Shown piece by piece: positions 26,448 to 38,670 of a stretch of DNA of 64,000 nt. Position 1 is the first letter of the stretch. Each line of letters begins with the position of its first letter. This DNA comes from Octopus vulgaris (Eukaryota), in the NCBI GenBank assembly GCA_951406725.2, contig OX597815.1:26660001-26724000 (forward strand), written 5' to 3'. The translations under genes were made by a program, and so were the position numbers. The notes below the pieces were generated by a model, which saw only the letters and a list, made by a program, of their open reading frames with translations, searched no databases and was not told the DNA's origin.

Positions 26448-26490
26448 AATAAACATAAATTCAAAACCTTGTTGTGTCCTTGGTTTACCT
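26448..26490 (+). terminator. Candidate poly(A) signal of the ASB-like gene
   Basis: AATAAA at 26448-26453 followed by a GT/T-rich TTGTTGTGTCCTTGGTTT element; an alternative AATAAA lies near 26045. Confidence 0.4.
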
Positions 26491-26764
26491 TTCTTTTTTC
26501 CATCTGTTTAACTAACAAGTTCCACTCCTACTTCTTGAAGGAATGAATATTTAGCAATAGGAAAAGCATAGAACCAAAAATTCTTGCTCCTAAGCGAATG
26601 TGTAAATATCTTTTAACAAAATAATGAAGAAATACACAATTCTCATTTTTAAATATTTTGATGTGACTGTACAGACACACATAGTTAATCAGAAATGAGC
26701 TAAATGGCTTGGTTTAAATGTATAAATATAATAGTAATGATAATAATGATTATATATATATATA

Positions 26765-27286
26765 CCGTAAATCCTCGAGTATAGTCTGCTCTTGTGTATA
26801 ATACGCTGGGGATTTTTAGGGAGCTGTACTTCTGAAAGACCTAAACCTTGTGCATAATACGCACCCCTTCTCTAACTTCAGTCGTACGTAATTAAGCCAG
26901 CAGCACCTAGTCGAACAAACACTTCCGCGCATGCGTAATACAATAATGGTGATGTTCTTAACTGTTATATGGGAATGTAAATATGTTTGCAAATTGTTTA
27001 TGTTACATGTTATTCTGTGTTCTGAATACTTTTATTTTAATAAATGTTGCTTACTCCAAGTTATGGATGATTCTTTTTTATGACTTCATTGCTTTCAGGC
27101 TTAGCTTAAGGTATTTTCGCGCCCATCATCGCAAAATGTGTCTGAATAAACATTGCCAGACAGCAAATCAAGACTGACATTGCTTAGAAAATATTTTTCA
27201 TTTCTAACCTCGTATATAGTACGCAATAGGGATTTTGACCTTTCAATTTTAGGAAAAAAGTGCGGATTATACTCGAGGATTTGCAG
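26765..27286. mobile_element. pogo/Tc2-type MITE in a (TA)n tract
   Basis: TIRs CCGTAAATCCTCGAGTATAGTC / GATTATACTCGAGGATTTGCAG, TA flanks. Confidence 0.8.
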
Positions 27287-28060
27287 TATATATACATACA
27301 TATATATATACCCTAGAAACTACATGGTTTCCCTTTTAACAATTTACTATTCATGTTAACCTGCCAGAAAGGATAGAGGGGGTTGTATAGGTATTTTCCT
27401 ATAGTAAATCTTTTGTCATGTTCTTTAACAGCTGAGTGCCTGTCCTATTGCTAAGCACTCAACCATGAAGTGGGAGTGAGACCTGTTGTAAGCTAAGCAG
27501 ACAAAGGAACAATGCAATGCCTGTAATATGCATGTAACTTCATGCCCATTGTACTTCATTTTATATGTGTATGTATAATATATGTATCATCATCATTATC
27601 ATCATATGTCCATTTTCCAAAATGGGTCAGTGGACTGCATTTCACTCATAAGTTCCATTTTGGCCGGATGCCCTTCCTAACACCAACCATTTTCCCAAGT
27701 GTACTTAGTGCGTTTTTTCATGGCACTGGCACTACAAAGGTTGCTGCCTTCAAGCAAATCTGGAATCTCTCAACCGCACACCTAACAGTGCACTGGGTGC
27801 ATTTTATTGTAGCACCAGCACAAGAGAGAAAGGATGTTGAAGCATGATAAAGCAACAAATGGGTAAATGGTGAGAGTGAAAGGTATCAACACCAAACAAC
27901 CAGAGGAGGAGTGGAGATTTTACCATGAATAAATTTTGGTAATATTTAACTAAGATACCCTAATTGAGAAGGAATTCTTTAGTGAGGACACAAAGGACCA
28001 ATGAGTAGTTGACTTAATGTATCAGCTGATTTTACATCACCACCTGGTTATTGGGTACCT

Positions 28061-28277
28061 ATTTCTTTACTACCCACAAGGGGCTAAACACAGAGGGAAC
28101 AAACGGATTAAGTCAATTACATTGACCCCAGTGCGTAACTGGTACTTAATTTATCGACCCCGAAAGGATGAAAGGCAAAGTCGACCTCGGCAGAGTTTGA
28201 ACTCAGAACGTAACGGCAAACGAAATACGGTTACGCATTTCGCCCGGCGTGCTAATGTTTCTGCCAGCTCGCCACCT
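28061..28277 (-). mobile_element. SINE family A (tail type 1)
   Basis: Homology; TTGGGTACCT repeated on both sides. Confidence 0.88.
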
Positions 28278-28680
28278 TGATTTTGGGTACCTTTAGCAGA
28301 GTTGACTATATTCCAAACTTACCAGGCAATTCTTCAGTTTGCGATTAACTTCCTCCCTCCTTCCTTTCATCCCAAGAGGTGCTAGTTTCCTTCATAGGTC
28401 ATATGTGCTAGTTTTGCCTTCTGGAAAAGATAATGTGTTATAAGAATCTCTATCATACACATGCATGATATGCATTTTATCCCTTACACTGTACATTTAT
28501 TATATTCTACAAACAATATTATTTATATCCAAGTTGTACGTTTTTGGTAAATGGCTTAATTTGAGATTGTGTGTTAAAACTGAAACAATTACAGCAAATC
28601 ATTTAGCTAGTTAGAAATACTCAAAAATCATATTGGAGAATGGACGTGTAAATATGGATGTAGGTGTGCATGTGTGATAA

Positions 28681-28900
28681 GGTGGCGAGCTGGCAGAACC
28701 GTTAGCACGCCGGGCAAAATGTGTAGCCGTATTTTGTCTGCTGTTACGTTCTGAGTTCAAATTCCGCCAAGGTCGACTTTGCTTTTCAACCTTTCAGAGT
28801 CGATAAATTAAGTACCAGTTACGCACTGGGGTCGATATAATCGACTTAATCCGTTTGTCTGTCCTCTCTGTGTTTAGCTCCTTGTGGGTAGTAAAGAAAT
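28681..28900 (+). mobile_element. SINE family A (tail type 1)
   Basis: Homology; TAGGTGTGCATGTGTG repeated on both sides. Confidence 0.9.
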
Positions 28901-28920
28901 AGGTGTGCATGTGTGTGTGT

Positions 28921-29310
28921 CAAGGTGCAGTAAGGGTGAATAGTTAAGAAGTTCATTTTGCAGTTATGAGATTGGGTTTCAATTCCATAGCATGGCATCT
29001 TGAGTAAGTGTCATTTTGTAATGCCTCAGATAAATCCATAGTTTGTGAGTGAAATTGGGTAGATGGAAACTGAATGGAAGCCCCAGATGGATTATACTTG
29101 TAATTCAAAATTCCAGCTTTGTCACTGACAAAATCATTAGCAGGCCTACAAAATACTTAGCATCATTTCATCTGAGCTCAAATTCTGTTGAGGTCAATTT
29201 GGCCTTTCATCCTTTCAGGGTTGATAAAATAAGTACCAATTGAGCATTGGGGGCCATTGTAATTGACTTACCCCACCCCGAAATTGCAGGCCTTGTGCTA
29301 AAATTTGATT
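28921..29310 (+). mobile_element. Old SINE B 5' half followed by an old SINE A remnant
   Basis: Diverged homology to both families. Confidence 0.6.
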
Positions 29311-29319
29311 ATTGTTATT

Positions 29320-30085
29320 TTTTCTTCCATTTCTCACCAAGTGTTTTCCGTACACCTAGGGCAGAGAAGCTCATTGTATGTATTCCCAGATTACACATGC
29401 AAATTCACAGGTAAAATATGTATTTTAAAAAAATTAATAAATAAATAAATTCATGAATGGATGTTGTTTTCACAACGATAATGCTCTTCTCAGTACATGA
29501 GCCGTTCCAGTTAACGTGATTTTTTTGCACTTCCTGTAGGGATGGTAAGCCTGGTATCATTTTTAAATAGGTTTCAGTACCTTTTTTATCATTCCTAGAG
29601 ATCCTACAATCACTGGTACTGCAGTCGCCTTGAGATGCCGCATTTTTTCAATTTCTATTACCAAGTCTTTATATTTACTGATTTTGTCAAATTCTTTTGT
29701 CGTTATATTGTGATCGCAAAGAATACTCATGTCACTTAATAAACACATCTTTTTTGTCTGATCTTTTATAATAATATCCGGTTTATTAGCTTTTATAGTT
29801 TTGTCAGTATCTACGAGGAAGTCCCAGAGAATCGACGCATTTTCTCCCTCAGTCACAGCTTCAGGATGGTGTTTATACCATTTGTCAGAGGTTTTGATTT
29901 TATAATGCCAACATATTGTCCAGTGTAAATACTGGCCGACTCTGTCATGTCTTGTTTTATATTCTACAGGTGCTAAGATCCTGCAATCACTGGTGCTGTA
30001 GTCGCCTTGAGGTGCCACATTTTTTCAATTTCTATTAGCAAGTCTTTTCTTTATATTTACTGATCTTGTCAAATTCTTTCTTTCA
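29320..30085 (-). mobile_element. R4/Dong-like RLE retrotransposon 3' fragment
   Basis: ORF 29563-30018: EYKTRHDRVGQYLHW..W..H.PE..ILWDF..NKPDIII..KYKDLVIEIEKM..VPVIVGSLG; TAA-type tracts at both ends. Confidence 0.88.
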
Positions 30086-30115
30086 CTACTATTATTATTA
30101 TTATTATTATTATTA

Positions 30116-30332
30116 AGGCAAGCAAACTGGCAGAAATGTTAGCATGTCAGGCAAAATGCTTAGTGGTATTTTATCCATCTGCACATTCTGGGTTCAAATT
30201 TTGCCATGGTCAACTTTACCTTTCACCTTTTTTCTGAGTCAATAAAATAAGTACCAATTGAGTACTAGGGTTAATGCAACCAGCTTGCACCCCCCCCTCT
30301 CTGAAACTGCTGATCTTGTACCAAAATTTAAA
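30116..30332 (+). mobile_element. SINE family A, diverged
   Basis: Homology to other copies. Confidence 0.75.
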
Positions 30333-30349
30333 ACCATTATTATTATTAT

Positions 30350-30443
30350 TGAGTGAGAGAGCAGTACATGCCATCAAAGTGACACTAGGGTACAAATATA
30401 CCAAGCCCAGTATACCCATCATGACTACCAGTCTGATAAACCA
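30350..30443. mobile_element. Truncated copy of the (TAA)n-embedded element at 36286-36738
   Basis: GAGTGAGAGAGCAG..ATGCCATCAAAGTGACACT..ATACCCATCATGACTAC is shared; both copies start after (TAT)n. Confidence 0.75.
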
Positions 30444-30613
30444 GTTCATTTCACTTCTCTTCCATATTAAAGAAAGGCCTGAAAGCCACATAACTTCATT
30501 ACTTCTTCACTCGTAAGTATGAGGCTTTATCACTGGCTGTCATGTGAAACAATTATCACTGTCAACATCAGTGTCAATAGTCATGTTCTACCTGTCGGTC
30601 TTGTATTCAGTGT

Positions 30614-30935
30614 GAGGGCGCGTGGCTCAGTGGTTAGGGCATTCGGCTCATGATCGTAAGGTTGTGAGTTCGATTCCCGGCGACGCGTTGTGTCCTTCAG
30701 CAAGGCACTTTATTTCACGTTGCTCCAGTCCACTCAGCTGGCAAAAATGAGCAGTACCTGTATTCCAAAAGGGCCAGCCTTGTCACACTCTGTGTCACAC
30801 TGAATCTCCTTGCGAACTACGTTAAGGATACACGTGTCTGTAGAATGCTCGCCACTTGCACATTAATTACACGAGCAGCCGTTCCATTGATCGTATCAGC
30901 TGGGACCCTCGTCAACGTAACCAATGGAGTGCTCC
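30614..30935 (+). mobile_element. tRNA-headed SINE with a distinct head and core plus tail Y
   Basis: A-box TGGCTCAGTGG, B-box GAGTTCGATTCC, core GTGTCCTTCAGCAAGGCACTT; 3' half matches 35435-35615. Confidence 0.82.
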
Positions 30936-31271
30936 TTATGGTCAGTAGCCCAGAACCAGAACCACACACCATAACCATACATCAACTACATCAGTGGTTC
31001 TCAACAAGAATCCATATAAGATTTTGTTGTTAAAATTTATGTGCAATAAATTGGATATACTTCTAAATTACACAAAATATTTTTACTTTTTTTATACAAT
31101 TCGCTGTTTCAATATATTCAGGTCAATAAATTAAGTATCAATTATGGGATTTTATCTATTTAATTGACTATATCCCCCACCTCCAGAATTTTTAGTTGTG
31201 CCACTATGAGAAATACAATTAAATTGTTGCGAATCCTTTGTACGTACATCTGCTAAAAAAAAAAAAAGAAA

Positions 31272-31682
31272 TGGATCTTTTCGGTTTGAACAGCAGTTTT
31301 TTTCTAGCGGTGTCATATGAAATTGTCACCCATAATTATGACCCTAGTATCGATCTATTGCATTTCAATCTGTTTTAGGGTTAGGGTTAGGGGTGGGGGG
31401 AAGGATATCTTTTTTTCTTCACAAATGTAAATAAACCTAATCTGTTTCTTAAACGAGAGACATATTCATATGGCACAGAATGTTTTCACCGCAACAGACG
31501 TCATTGATTGGTTGAAATTGCAGAAATTGAAGAAAAAAACAACATAGAAACTATAGAATTTTCTCAGTAAAGCCAAGAGAAAAAGATGTTTTATAAACAC
31601 ATTCTACCAACATACAAAGTTTAAAAGTGTTTAGTTACGTGGAAATTATTTTAAAAATCTGCCGGTCAAACCGAAAAGATCC
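31272..31682 (+). mobile_element. GGATC-MITE copy 2, bracketed by a ~145-bp direct duplication
   Basis: Same TIRs and interior as 23240-23649; flank 31124-31271 is repeated at 31683-31825. Confidence 0.9.
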
Positions 31683-32341
31683 CAATAAATTAAGTATCAA
31701 TTGTGAAATTTTATCTATTTAATTGACTATATCCCCCACCTCCAGAATTTTTTGTTGTGCCACTATGAGAAATACAATTAAATCGTTGCGAATCCTTTGT
31801 ACGCAAATCTGATAAAAAAAGAAATTTGTGTCCTCTCTTTTATAGCGCGGGTAACAGTTCGTTATAAATACCTCAAGGATATATTTTAGATTTAATGTAC
31901 ATGTTTTATTTCATATTTGCTGTCGTTAAACTATTAAATTCAATTTTTTATGAATTAATTTAACATCGAAAAAGAATATTTTTGAATTCTAGAAGGAAAT
32001 AATTTCTATGGTAGGGAAAACGATAACGTAAAGTCTTACAAAATAATAGATTTTTCGTTTTTAAAGTTTCCAGTTGCGGTCATCAAAAACAAGTGCCCAG
32101 TATAATGCAAGGGAAATAACTCTTTCCTACATGGAATTAGCAGTTCCATTTATTGGTTGACAAATTCCTTCGTGGATATACTCTTTAATTAGCGAGACGT
32201 CCCAACAACTTCAATGCAGTGCATGTTTTGGGGTGGGGTGGGGGAAGGCATTGGTAACATGATGATTTTTAATAGCTGCAACCGGAAATTCATACCAGGT
32301 TTCAATAGTCGACTCAGTGGACGCATCACAGAATAAAATTG

Positions 32342-32756
32342 GGATCTTTTCGGTTTGAATGGCAGTTTTTCTAGCGGTGTCATATGAAATTGTCACCCAT
32401 AATTATGACCCTAGTATCGATCTATTGCATTTCAATCTATTTAAGGGTTAGGGTTAGGGGTGTGGGAAAGGTTGTTTTTTTTTCAGAAATGTAAATAAAC
32501 GCAATATCTTTCTTAAACGGGGGACATTTTCATACGGCACAGAATGTTTTCACTTCAATAGATGTCATTGATTGGTTGAAATTGCAGAAATTGAAGGAAG
32601 AAAAAACAACAAATATCTTACAAACTATAGAATTTTCTCAATAAAGCCAAGAGAAAAAGATGTTTTATAAACACATTCTACCAGTATATGAAGTTTAAAA
32701 GTGTTTAGTTACGCGGAAATTATTTTTTAAAACTGCCGTTCAAACCGAAAAGATAC
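32342..32756 (+). mobile_element. GGATC-MITE copy 3, 8-bp TSD
   Basis: TIRs; TSD TAAAATTG. Confidence 0.9.
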
Positions 32757-33029
32757 TAAAATTGGTTAAACTCACAACACTGGTGTGCACTGTATTTCCT
32801 TGAGATATACCAAGATAAGTTGGCTATTAGATGCCAAGATGCTAGTCTGCACCTAATAATTGAGTCAAATGGATAAGCAAAAACAAAAGCATGGAGAGCA
32901 CAGTTCAGATTTCGAATTCTGCTTATGTGTATCAAATTATAACCACGCCTTTCTTGTATTCCATAGCTGAAAGAAAAGTGTTTGTGCCTATATATTCTTT
33001 AGGTCATTTTTTCTCAACTTTAAAGTATA

Positions 33030-33261
33030 TATTTCTTTACTACCCACAGGGGGCTAAACACAGAGGGAACAAATAAGGACAGACAAAGGGATTAAGTCGA
33101 TTACATCGACCTCAGTGCGTAACTGGTACTTAATTTATCGACCCCGAAAGGATGAAAGGCAAAGTCGACCTCGGCAGAATTTGAACTCGGAATGTAACGA
33201 CAGACGAAATACGGCTACGCATTTCGCCCCGCGTGCTAACGTTTCTGCCAGCTCGCCGCCT
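33030..33261 (-). mobile_element. SINE family A (tail type 1), full length
   Basis: Homology; TCAACTTTAAAGTATA repeated on both sides. Confidence 0.9.
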
Positions 33262-33894
33262 TCTTCAACTTTAAAGTATAAATGAGTAAATTATGAGAGA
33301 GAGGGAGAGGATAATCATTTAAAACAACCAAATCATGTCCACAGTTGTCTCCCATACTTACCAAAAAGAATTATTCGCATTTCATTTTTTTTTTCTTTCT
33401 TTCATCACAAATTACAACCAGTTCGATTTGTAATACTCCTTGTATAAATTATATTCATGTTAATCTTAACTAAAGCATCTAATTTTTGCTGACAGTAACA
33501 CTACGTTATTTAAAATGTATTTCACAAAAATATCCTGGGTGCAGATATGTCTGCGCTAAGAAACTTGCTCAACAAATACGTCTTTATGGATCCACTCCCT
33601 CTGTGTGGAAGCCCGTCGTATATGTGTATATGTCTTTGTGTTTGTTCCCTGCAACCAATTTGCTTGACTAAAACCGTCAATGTGGTGCCCCAGCATGGCC
33701 GCATTCCAATAACTGAAACAGATAAAAGATCCGATGCGTAGTGCCAACGTTATGATTAAAAACTAACGTTTATAATAGCCCAGTCAATTACAATTCACTG
33801 TTACATCAAGGCAAGATGTAACTAAATGACGGGTTGTGAGAGCCCCTTAGGCGATGCATAAAATATTCTTTAATACAATTTTATCACCTTATAT

Positions 33895-34095
33895 CAGTGC
33901 TTTTCAAACTTTTTACTGGAGCGGAACCCCAAGGAAACATTCCACTGGCTCGAGGAACCCCTGTGCAATAATTTAATAGTTTTATGCACACATATCTGCA
34001 CAGGAGAATTAAAAATTACTGCCGATTTTAGCAGTTTTGTAACTTCTTGCGGAACCCCTGGACTGTACTGGCGGAACAATGGTTGAAAACCACTG
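33895..34095. mobile_element. hAT (Charlie-like) MITE
   Basis: TIRs CAGTGCTTTTCAA / TTGAAAACCACTG, perfect 8-bp TSD CCTTATAT, internal GCGGAACCCC repeats. Confidence 0.88.
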
Positions 34096-34475
34096 CCTTA
34101 TATCATAACAGATATCACAGACGTTTAATACCCGTTGATTTTTTTTAATTTTCAGTATGATATATATATATACATATATATATTAGAGGTTTTCCTGAAC
34201 CTGTCCTACGACCAAAGGTCTTTAATTTCAAGTGAGTTACAGTTTGGATTAAAGATGTAGACAAGAAATGGAAGACTCACAAAAAAGGATTTTTTTTTTA
34301 CTTATGTTCGGATGTTTACGTAACTTGTTCACTTACGCAGCACCGATAAACAACTTTGTGGTGTACCTATAAATGCTAATGTATGCGTTTAAAAGACCAA
34401 CAAATATAGCTATCTGCCGAAATAAAATTTTCGCTAGTTTAAATATTATTTCCCTAAAATTGCATATGGCCAGTT

Positions 34476-35239
34476 GGATATTTTCCTTTCGAACGGCAGA
34501 CAATTTCTAGTTAACTAAACACTTTAAAACTTCGTATACTGGTAATGTGTCAAAATAAAACATTTTTTTTCTCTTGGCTTTCTTGAGAAAATTGTAATTT
34601 GTTTGTTTAACGTAGATTAATTTTTCGAATTTTAACCAATCCTATGCTCTCTTTTGAGCTAAAATCATTTGCTGCGTCTAAAACTGAGACAACATCCTGT
34701 CACTAACCCTCAACCTAACCCTAACCCTAATTATTTTTTTCTTAATTGTTAAATTAATTTAATTGTTACGCGTTTAAAAAAAAAAACGAAAGCAATTGAA
34801 AATAATTTAAACAATTAAAAAACAAAATAATTCTATAATTTTATACACACGCTTTCCGTATACGTACGGAAAGCGTGTGTATAAAATTATAGAATTATTT
34901 TGTTTGTTAATTGTTTAAATTATTTTCCATTGCTTTCGTTTTTTGTTTTTTTTTCCTTACACGCGTAACAATTAAAAAAAAAATTAGGGTTAGGGTTAGG
35001 TTGAGGGTTAGTGACAGGATGTTGTCTCAGTTTTAGACGCAGCAAATCATTTTAGTTCAATGGAGGTAATCGATTGGTTAAAATTTCCGAAATGCTCGGA
35101 TTTTCAGACGAAATATCTTACAAACTATAGAATTTTCTCAATAAAACCAAGAGAAAATTAGGTTTTATAAACACATTCTACCAGTATACGAAGTTTAAAA
35201 CTTTTTAGTTACCTAGAAATTATGTTACAAACTGCCGTT
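34476..35239. mobile_element. Foldback (palindromic) relative of the GGATC-MITE
   Basis: Starts GGATATTTTCCTTTCGAACGGCAG; whole-element inverted symmetry centred at 34861-34864; (CCCTAA) and (TTAGGG) in the two arms. Confidence 0.8.
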
Positions 35240-35254
35240 AAACAGAGACGTTGT

Positions 35255-35623
35255 GGAGGCGCAATGGCCCAGTGGTTAGGGCAGCGGACTTGCGGTTTCG
35301 ATTCTCAGACCGGGCATTGTGAGTGTTTATTGAGCGAAAACACCTAAAGCTTCACAAGGCTCCTGCAGGGGGGTGTGAACCCTTGTGTACTCTTTCACCA
35401 CAACTTTCTCTCACTCTTTCTTCCTATTTCTGTTGTACCTGTATTTCAAAGGGCCAGCCTTGTCACTCTGTGTCACGCTGAATCTCCTCGAGAACTACGT
35501 TAAGGGTACTCGTGTCTGTGGAATGCTCAGCCACTTGCACGTTAATTCCACGAGCAAGCTGTTCCGTTGATCGTATCAGCTGGGACCCTCATCGTCGTAA
35601 CCGACGGAGTGCTCCTATTATTA
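35255..35623 (+). mobile_element. SINE family C head with tail Y, 17-bp TSD
   Basis: TSD TTAAACAGAGACGTTGT at 35238-35254 and 35624-35640. Confidence 0.88.
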
Positions 35624-35849
35624 TTAAACAGAGACGTTGTCTGGCCACCTGACCTGCTAGAAATAACAACCAAATTTCTCTTAAATCACGCCTTACTACC
35701 TTTAAAATATAACATTGCAGAATGTTGCTGTGGATATCCAGACATCTAACTACTCTAGATCTGATAAATTACAGTTGACCTGGTGTTGAATAACATAACG
35801 TCACATATCTGTAAAACTACCCCGAAAACAAAAATCTGTTTATACATGG

Positions 35850-36160
35850 GTTTACGTTTAAGAAGTTTGCATTGCAAGACCGTAGTTTTGGGTTCAGTTG
35901 CACTGAACGGCTCCTGTAGCTCCAGGCCTATTAATGCTTTGTCAATGAATTTGGTAGACGGAAATTATATGTAAGCCCGTCGTATACATATTTGTGTGTG
36001 TATGTCATTGTGTTTGTGTACCATCACAGCTAGACAATCAGTATTGGTTTGTTTACGTCCTCATAACTCACCGATTCGACAAAAGTAACCAATATAACAA
36101 GTACTAGATTTTTTTTTCAATAAAAATGTAAGTATTGGGAGCAATTTGCACAACTAAACC
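35850..36160 (+). mobile_element. Old SINE family B
   Basis: Diverged homology (TTGGTAGACGGAAA..AAGCCCGTCGTATA). Confidence 0.65.
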
Positions 36161-36285
36161 GTTACCCATTTTGATTTCTCAAGTTACATTTTCAGCACAA
36201 AAACCATAATCCATTAAGATAACTGTTAAGAGATTAGTTAAAAGTTTTGTTGTTGTTTTTGTTTGGTTTCTATTATTATTATTAT

Positions 36286-36738
36286 TGAGTGAGAGAGCAG
36301 TTCATGCCATCAAAGTGACACTGGGGTAAAATATACGAAGCCCAATATACCCATCATGACTACCCGTCTGATAAAGGTACACCAGGCACATGCATCACAA
36401 CCATATGTGCGCGACATGGTGATCTCATATCAAGATAAACAGCACATGACCTTCCAGAGGTGAACTATTCAAACCCCAAAGAATCCCTCTCAACACATGG
36501 CTATGATGCTCCCCCACTACTTCTGCTCGTGATCAGAGATGCACATATCGTCAGCCACTAAGGGACATGGTCAACTGGTTAAGGTCAAACAACTGACAAG
36601 CAAATCTGTGGTATTGAGCAGAATATTTGCTGTAGCCCATCTTTTATACCAAGACAAAACAATGTACATGATAACACTTCCAATCAGTTAAGATCAGAAG
36701 CCATGAGAGCCACTGCCTGGTACTGCATCAGGGCATTT
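36286..36738. mobile_element. Non-coding element embedded in (TAT/TAA)n
   Basis: ~450 bp bounded by (TAT)n on both sides; second partial copy at 30350. Confidence 0.7.
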
Positions 36739-36794
36739 ATTATTATTATTATTATTATCATTATTATTATTACTATTATCATTATACATTACAT

Positions 36795-37215
36795 GGATCT
36801 TTTCGGTTTGAACGGCAGTTTTTAACATAATTTCTAGGTAACTAAAAAATAAATTTCGTATACTGGTAGAATGTGTTTATAAAACATCTTTTTCTCTTGG
36901 CTTTATTGAGAAAATTCTATAGTTTGTAAGATATTTGTTGTTTTTTTTCTTTCTTCAATTTCTGCAACTTCAACCAATCACTGACGTCTATTGAGGTAAA
37001 AAAAACATTCTGGGCTGTATGAATATGTCCCTCGTTTAAGAAACAGATTGGGTTTATTTACATTTCTGAAGAAAAAAAAGATACCCTTCACTCCACCTCT
37101 AACCCTAACCCTAAAACAGATAGAAATGCAATAGATCGATACTAGGGTCATAATTATGGGTGACAATTTCATATGACACCGCTAGAAAAAACTGCCGTTC
37201 AAACCGAAAAGATCC
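36795..37215 (-). mobile_element. GGATC-MITE copy 4 (inverted), ~21-bp flanking duplication
   Basis: Perfect TIRs; left flank TATTATCATTATACATTACAT, right flank TATTATTATTATACATTACAT. Confidence 0.9.
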
Positions 37216-37977
37216 TATTATTATTATACATTACATTACATTAAATATCTGAAACTAAATAAGGACAGCTTCAAAATTTTCCGGGAGATCAATTGGTCCA
37301 AGGGAGATAACCTAATATAATCTAGAATATATAAGGAGTTTTTTTGTCGGCGGTAAATAGTGTTGTTAAGTTAACCGCTAAAACTAAATGGAAAATTAAA
37401 TGACTTATTCAAGTGATGCCAAACGTTTTGATCTTCCATTTTTACTTTAATCTATATCTAAAATAATCTATGAACTTGGCGTGTATTTAAGTGAAATATT
37501 TATTTGGCACTTGGTCAGTTTTAGTCATAAAGATAGTTATTTTAAATACTGAACACTAATGTCAACCACAATCTTTACTGTCAAACTAAACTAATAAAAA
37601 AAATTGACTGTGAGAGTGAATGAGTATGCATGTATGATTATTACCTCCGCCTTAGCGAAGGCGGAGGTATTGTTTTTCCGTCGTGTTTGTTTGTCCGTGG
37701 ACAAGATATCTCAAGAACCGCTGGATGGATTTGGTGAAACTTCCAGGGAAGTTTGGCCTCGTGACTGGCACGAACTGATTAGATTTTGGGATCGATCCGG
37801 TACCGGACAAGGATTCTGGATTATTTTTCCTATGTTTTTTGTTTTGTTTTTTACTTAATTTTTGAGAGCGGTCGGGTTCAGTTTTAGTATTCTCGCTTGA
37901 GAGAGCACTCGAGTTTATTTCAGATATTTTCATTTTAAAAATCATCTCTGGCTAATCGTTGAGAGGACGTTGGTGTT

Positions 37978-38670
37978 ACAGAGTAGCAACTTGTTTGTTT
38001 GAGTTTCGTCATTTTTGACCGCGGTTGGTTTGTTGAGGACTTTCTTTTTGGGACTGTCCGTTGTTGAAATTGTTTTGTGTCATTGTTGAAGCGACTCGTG
38101 CGTAATTATTTTTTGCTGTTTTTCTCCTCATTGTGGGGTTGGGGGTTGGCTTTTCGTTGTGGAAAGCTATGCGGGGGCCGCTGCGCCGTTGGAGGCGAGG
38201 CGGTTAGGGATGGATATGGAGATGATGAGAGGCGGGCAGTTTGTGCAAGGAGAGGGAGACGCAGTGGAGCTGGTCCCTCCGTGAGAGACGGTCGGCGGTG
38301 GTGTGCTGTGCGCGGGAGGTTGCCGCCGGTGGGATGGGGATCCTGATGGGGATAGTATAGGGGAGTGCTTGGGACCCGTGTTGTGGGGGGGGGCTTTCGT
38401 GGGCCGGGAAGGGGGCGACGGAGGCAGATCCCTGGGGAGTGGGGAGCCACCTATTTTTAGGCATGCGCAGGCGGGTCCGGTTGGTGCAGCGCAGATGTGA
38501 GGATGAGGCATCCATAGTCTACTGCCGGGGGAGTGTGGATGTGGAGAGGAGGGTTTTCGGGTGGAGGGGGAAGGGTTTGAGAGACGCGTTCATGGTTTCA
38601 TTTGTGGAGTTCTTGATTTCAGTTGACGGGTTGGTGTGGTTTGATGACCTACCACTCGTAATTGGACATA
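37978..38670 (-). mobile_element. GC-rich degenerate LINE ORF2 C-terminal fragment (Jockey/I-group-like)
   Basis: Across frameshifts: LHPKTLL..PAVDYGCLILTS..TNRTRLRM..NR..ICLRRP, resembling the IRPxLxYG..LQxxQNxxLR post-RT region. Confidence 0.5.

Noticed and set aside
30616-30690. Possible tRNA gene (A and B boxes, CAT in a loop)
   Set aside because: Stems pair poorly and it runs straight into a SINE core and tail; it is a tRNA-derived SINE head, as are those at 327, 11158 and 35255
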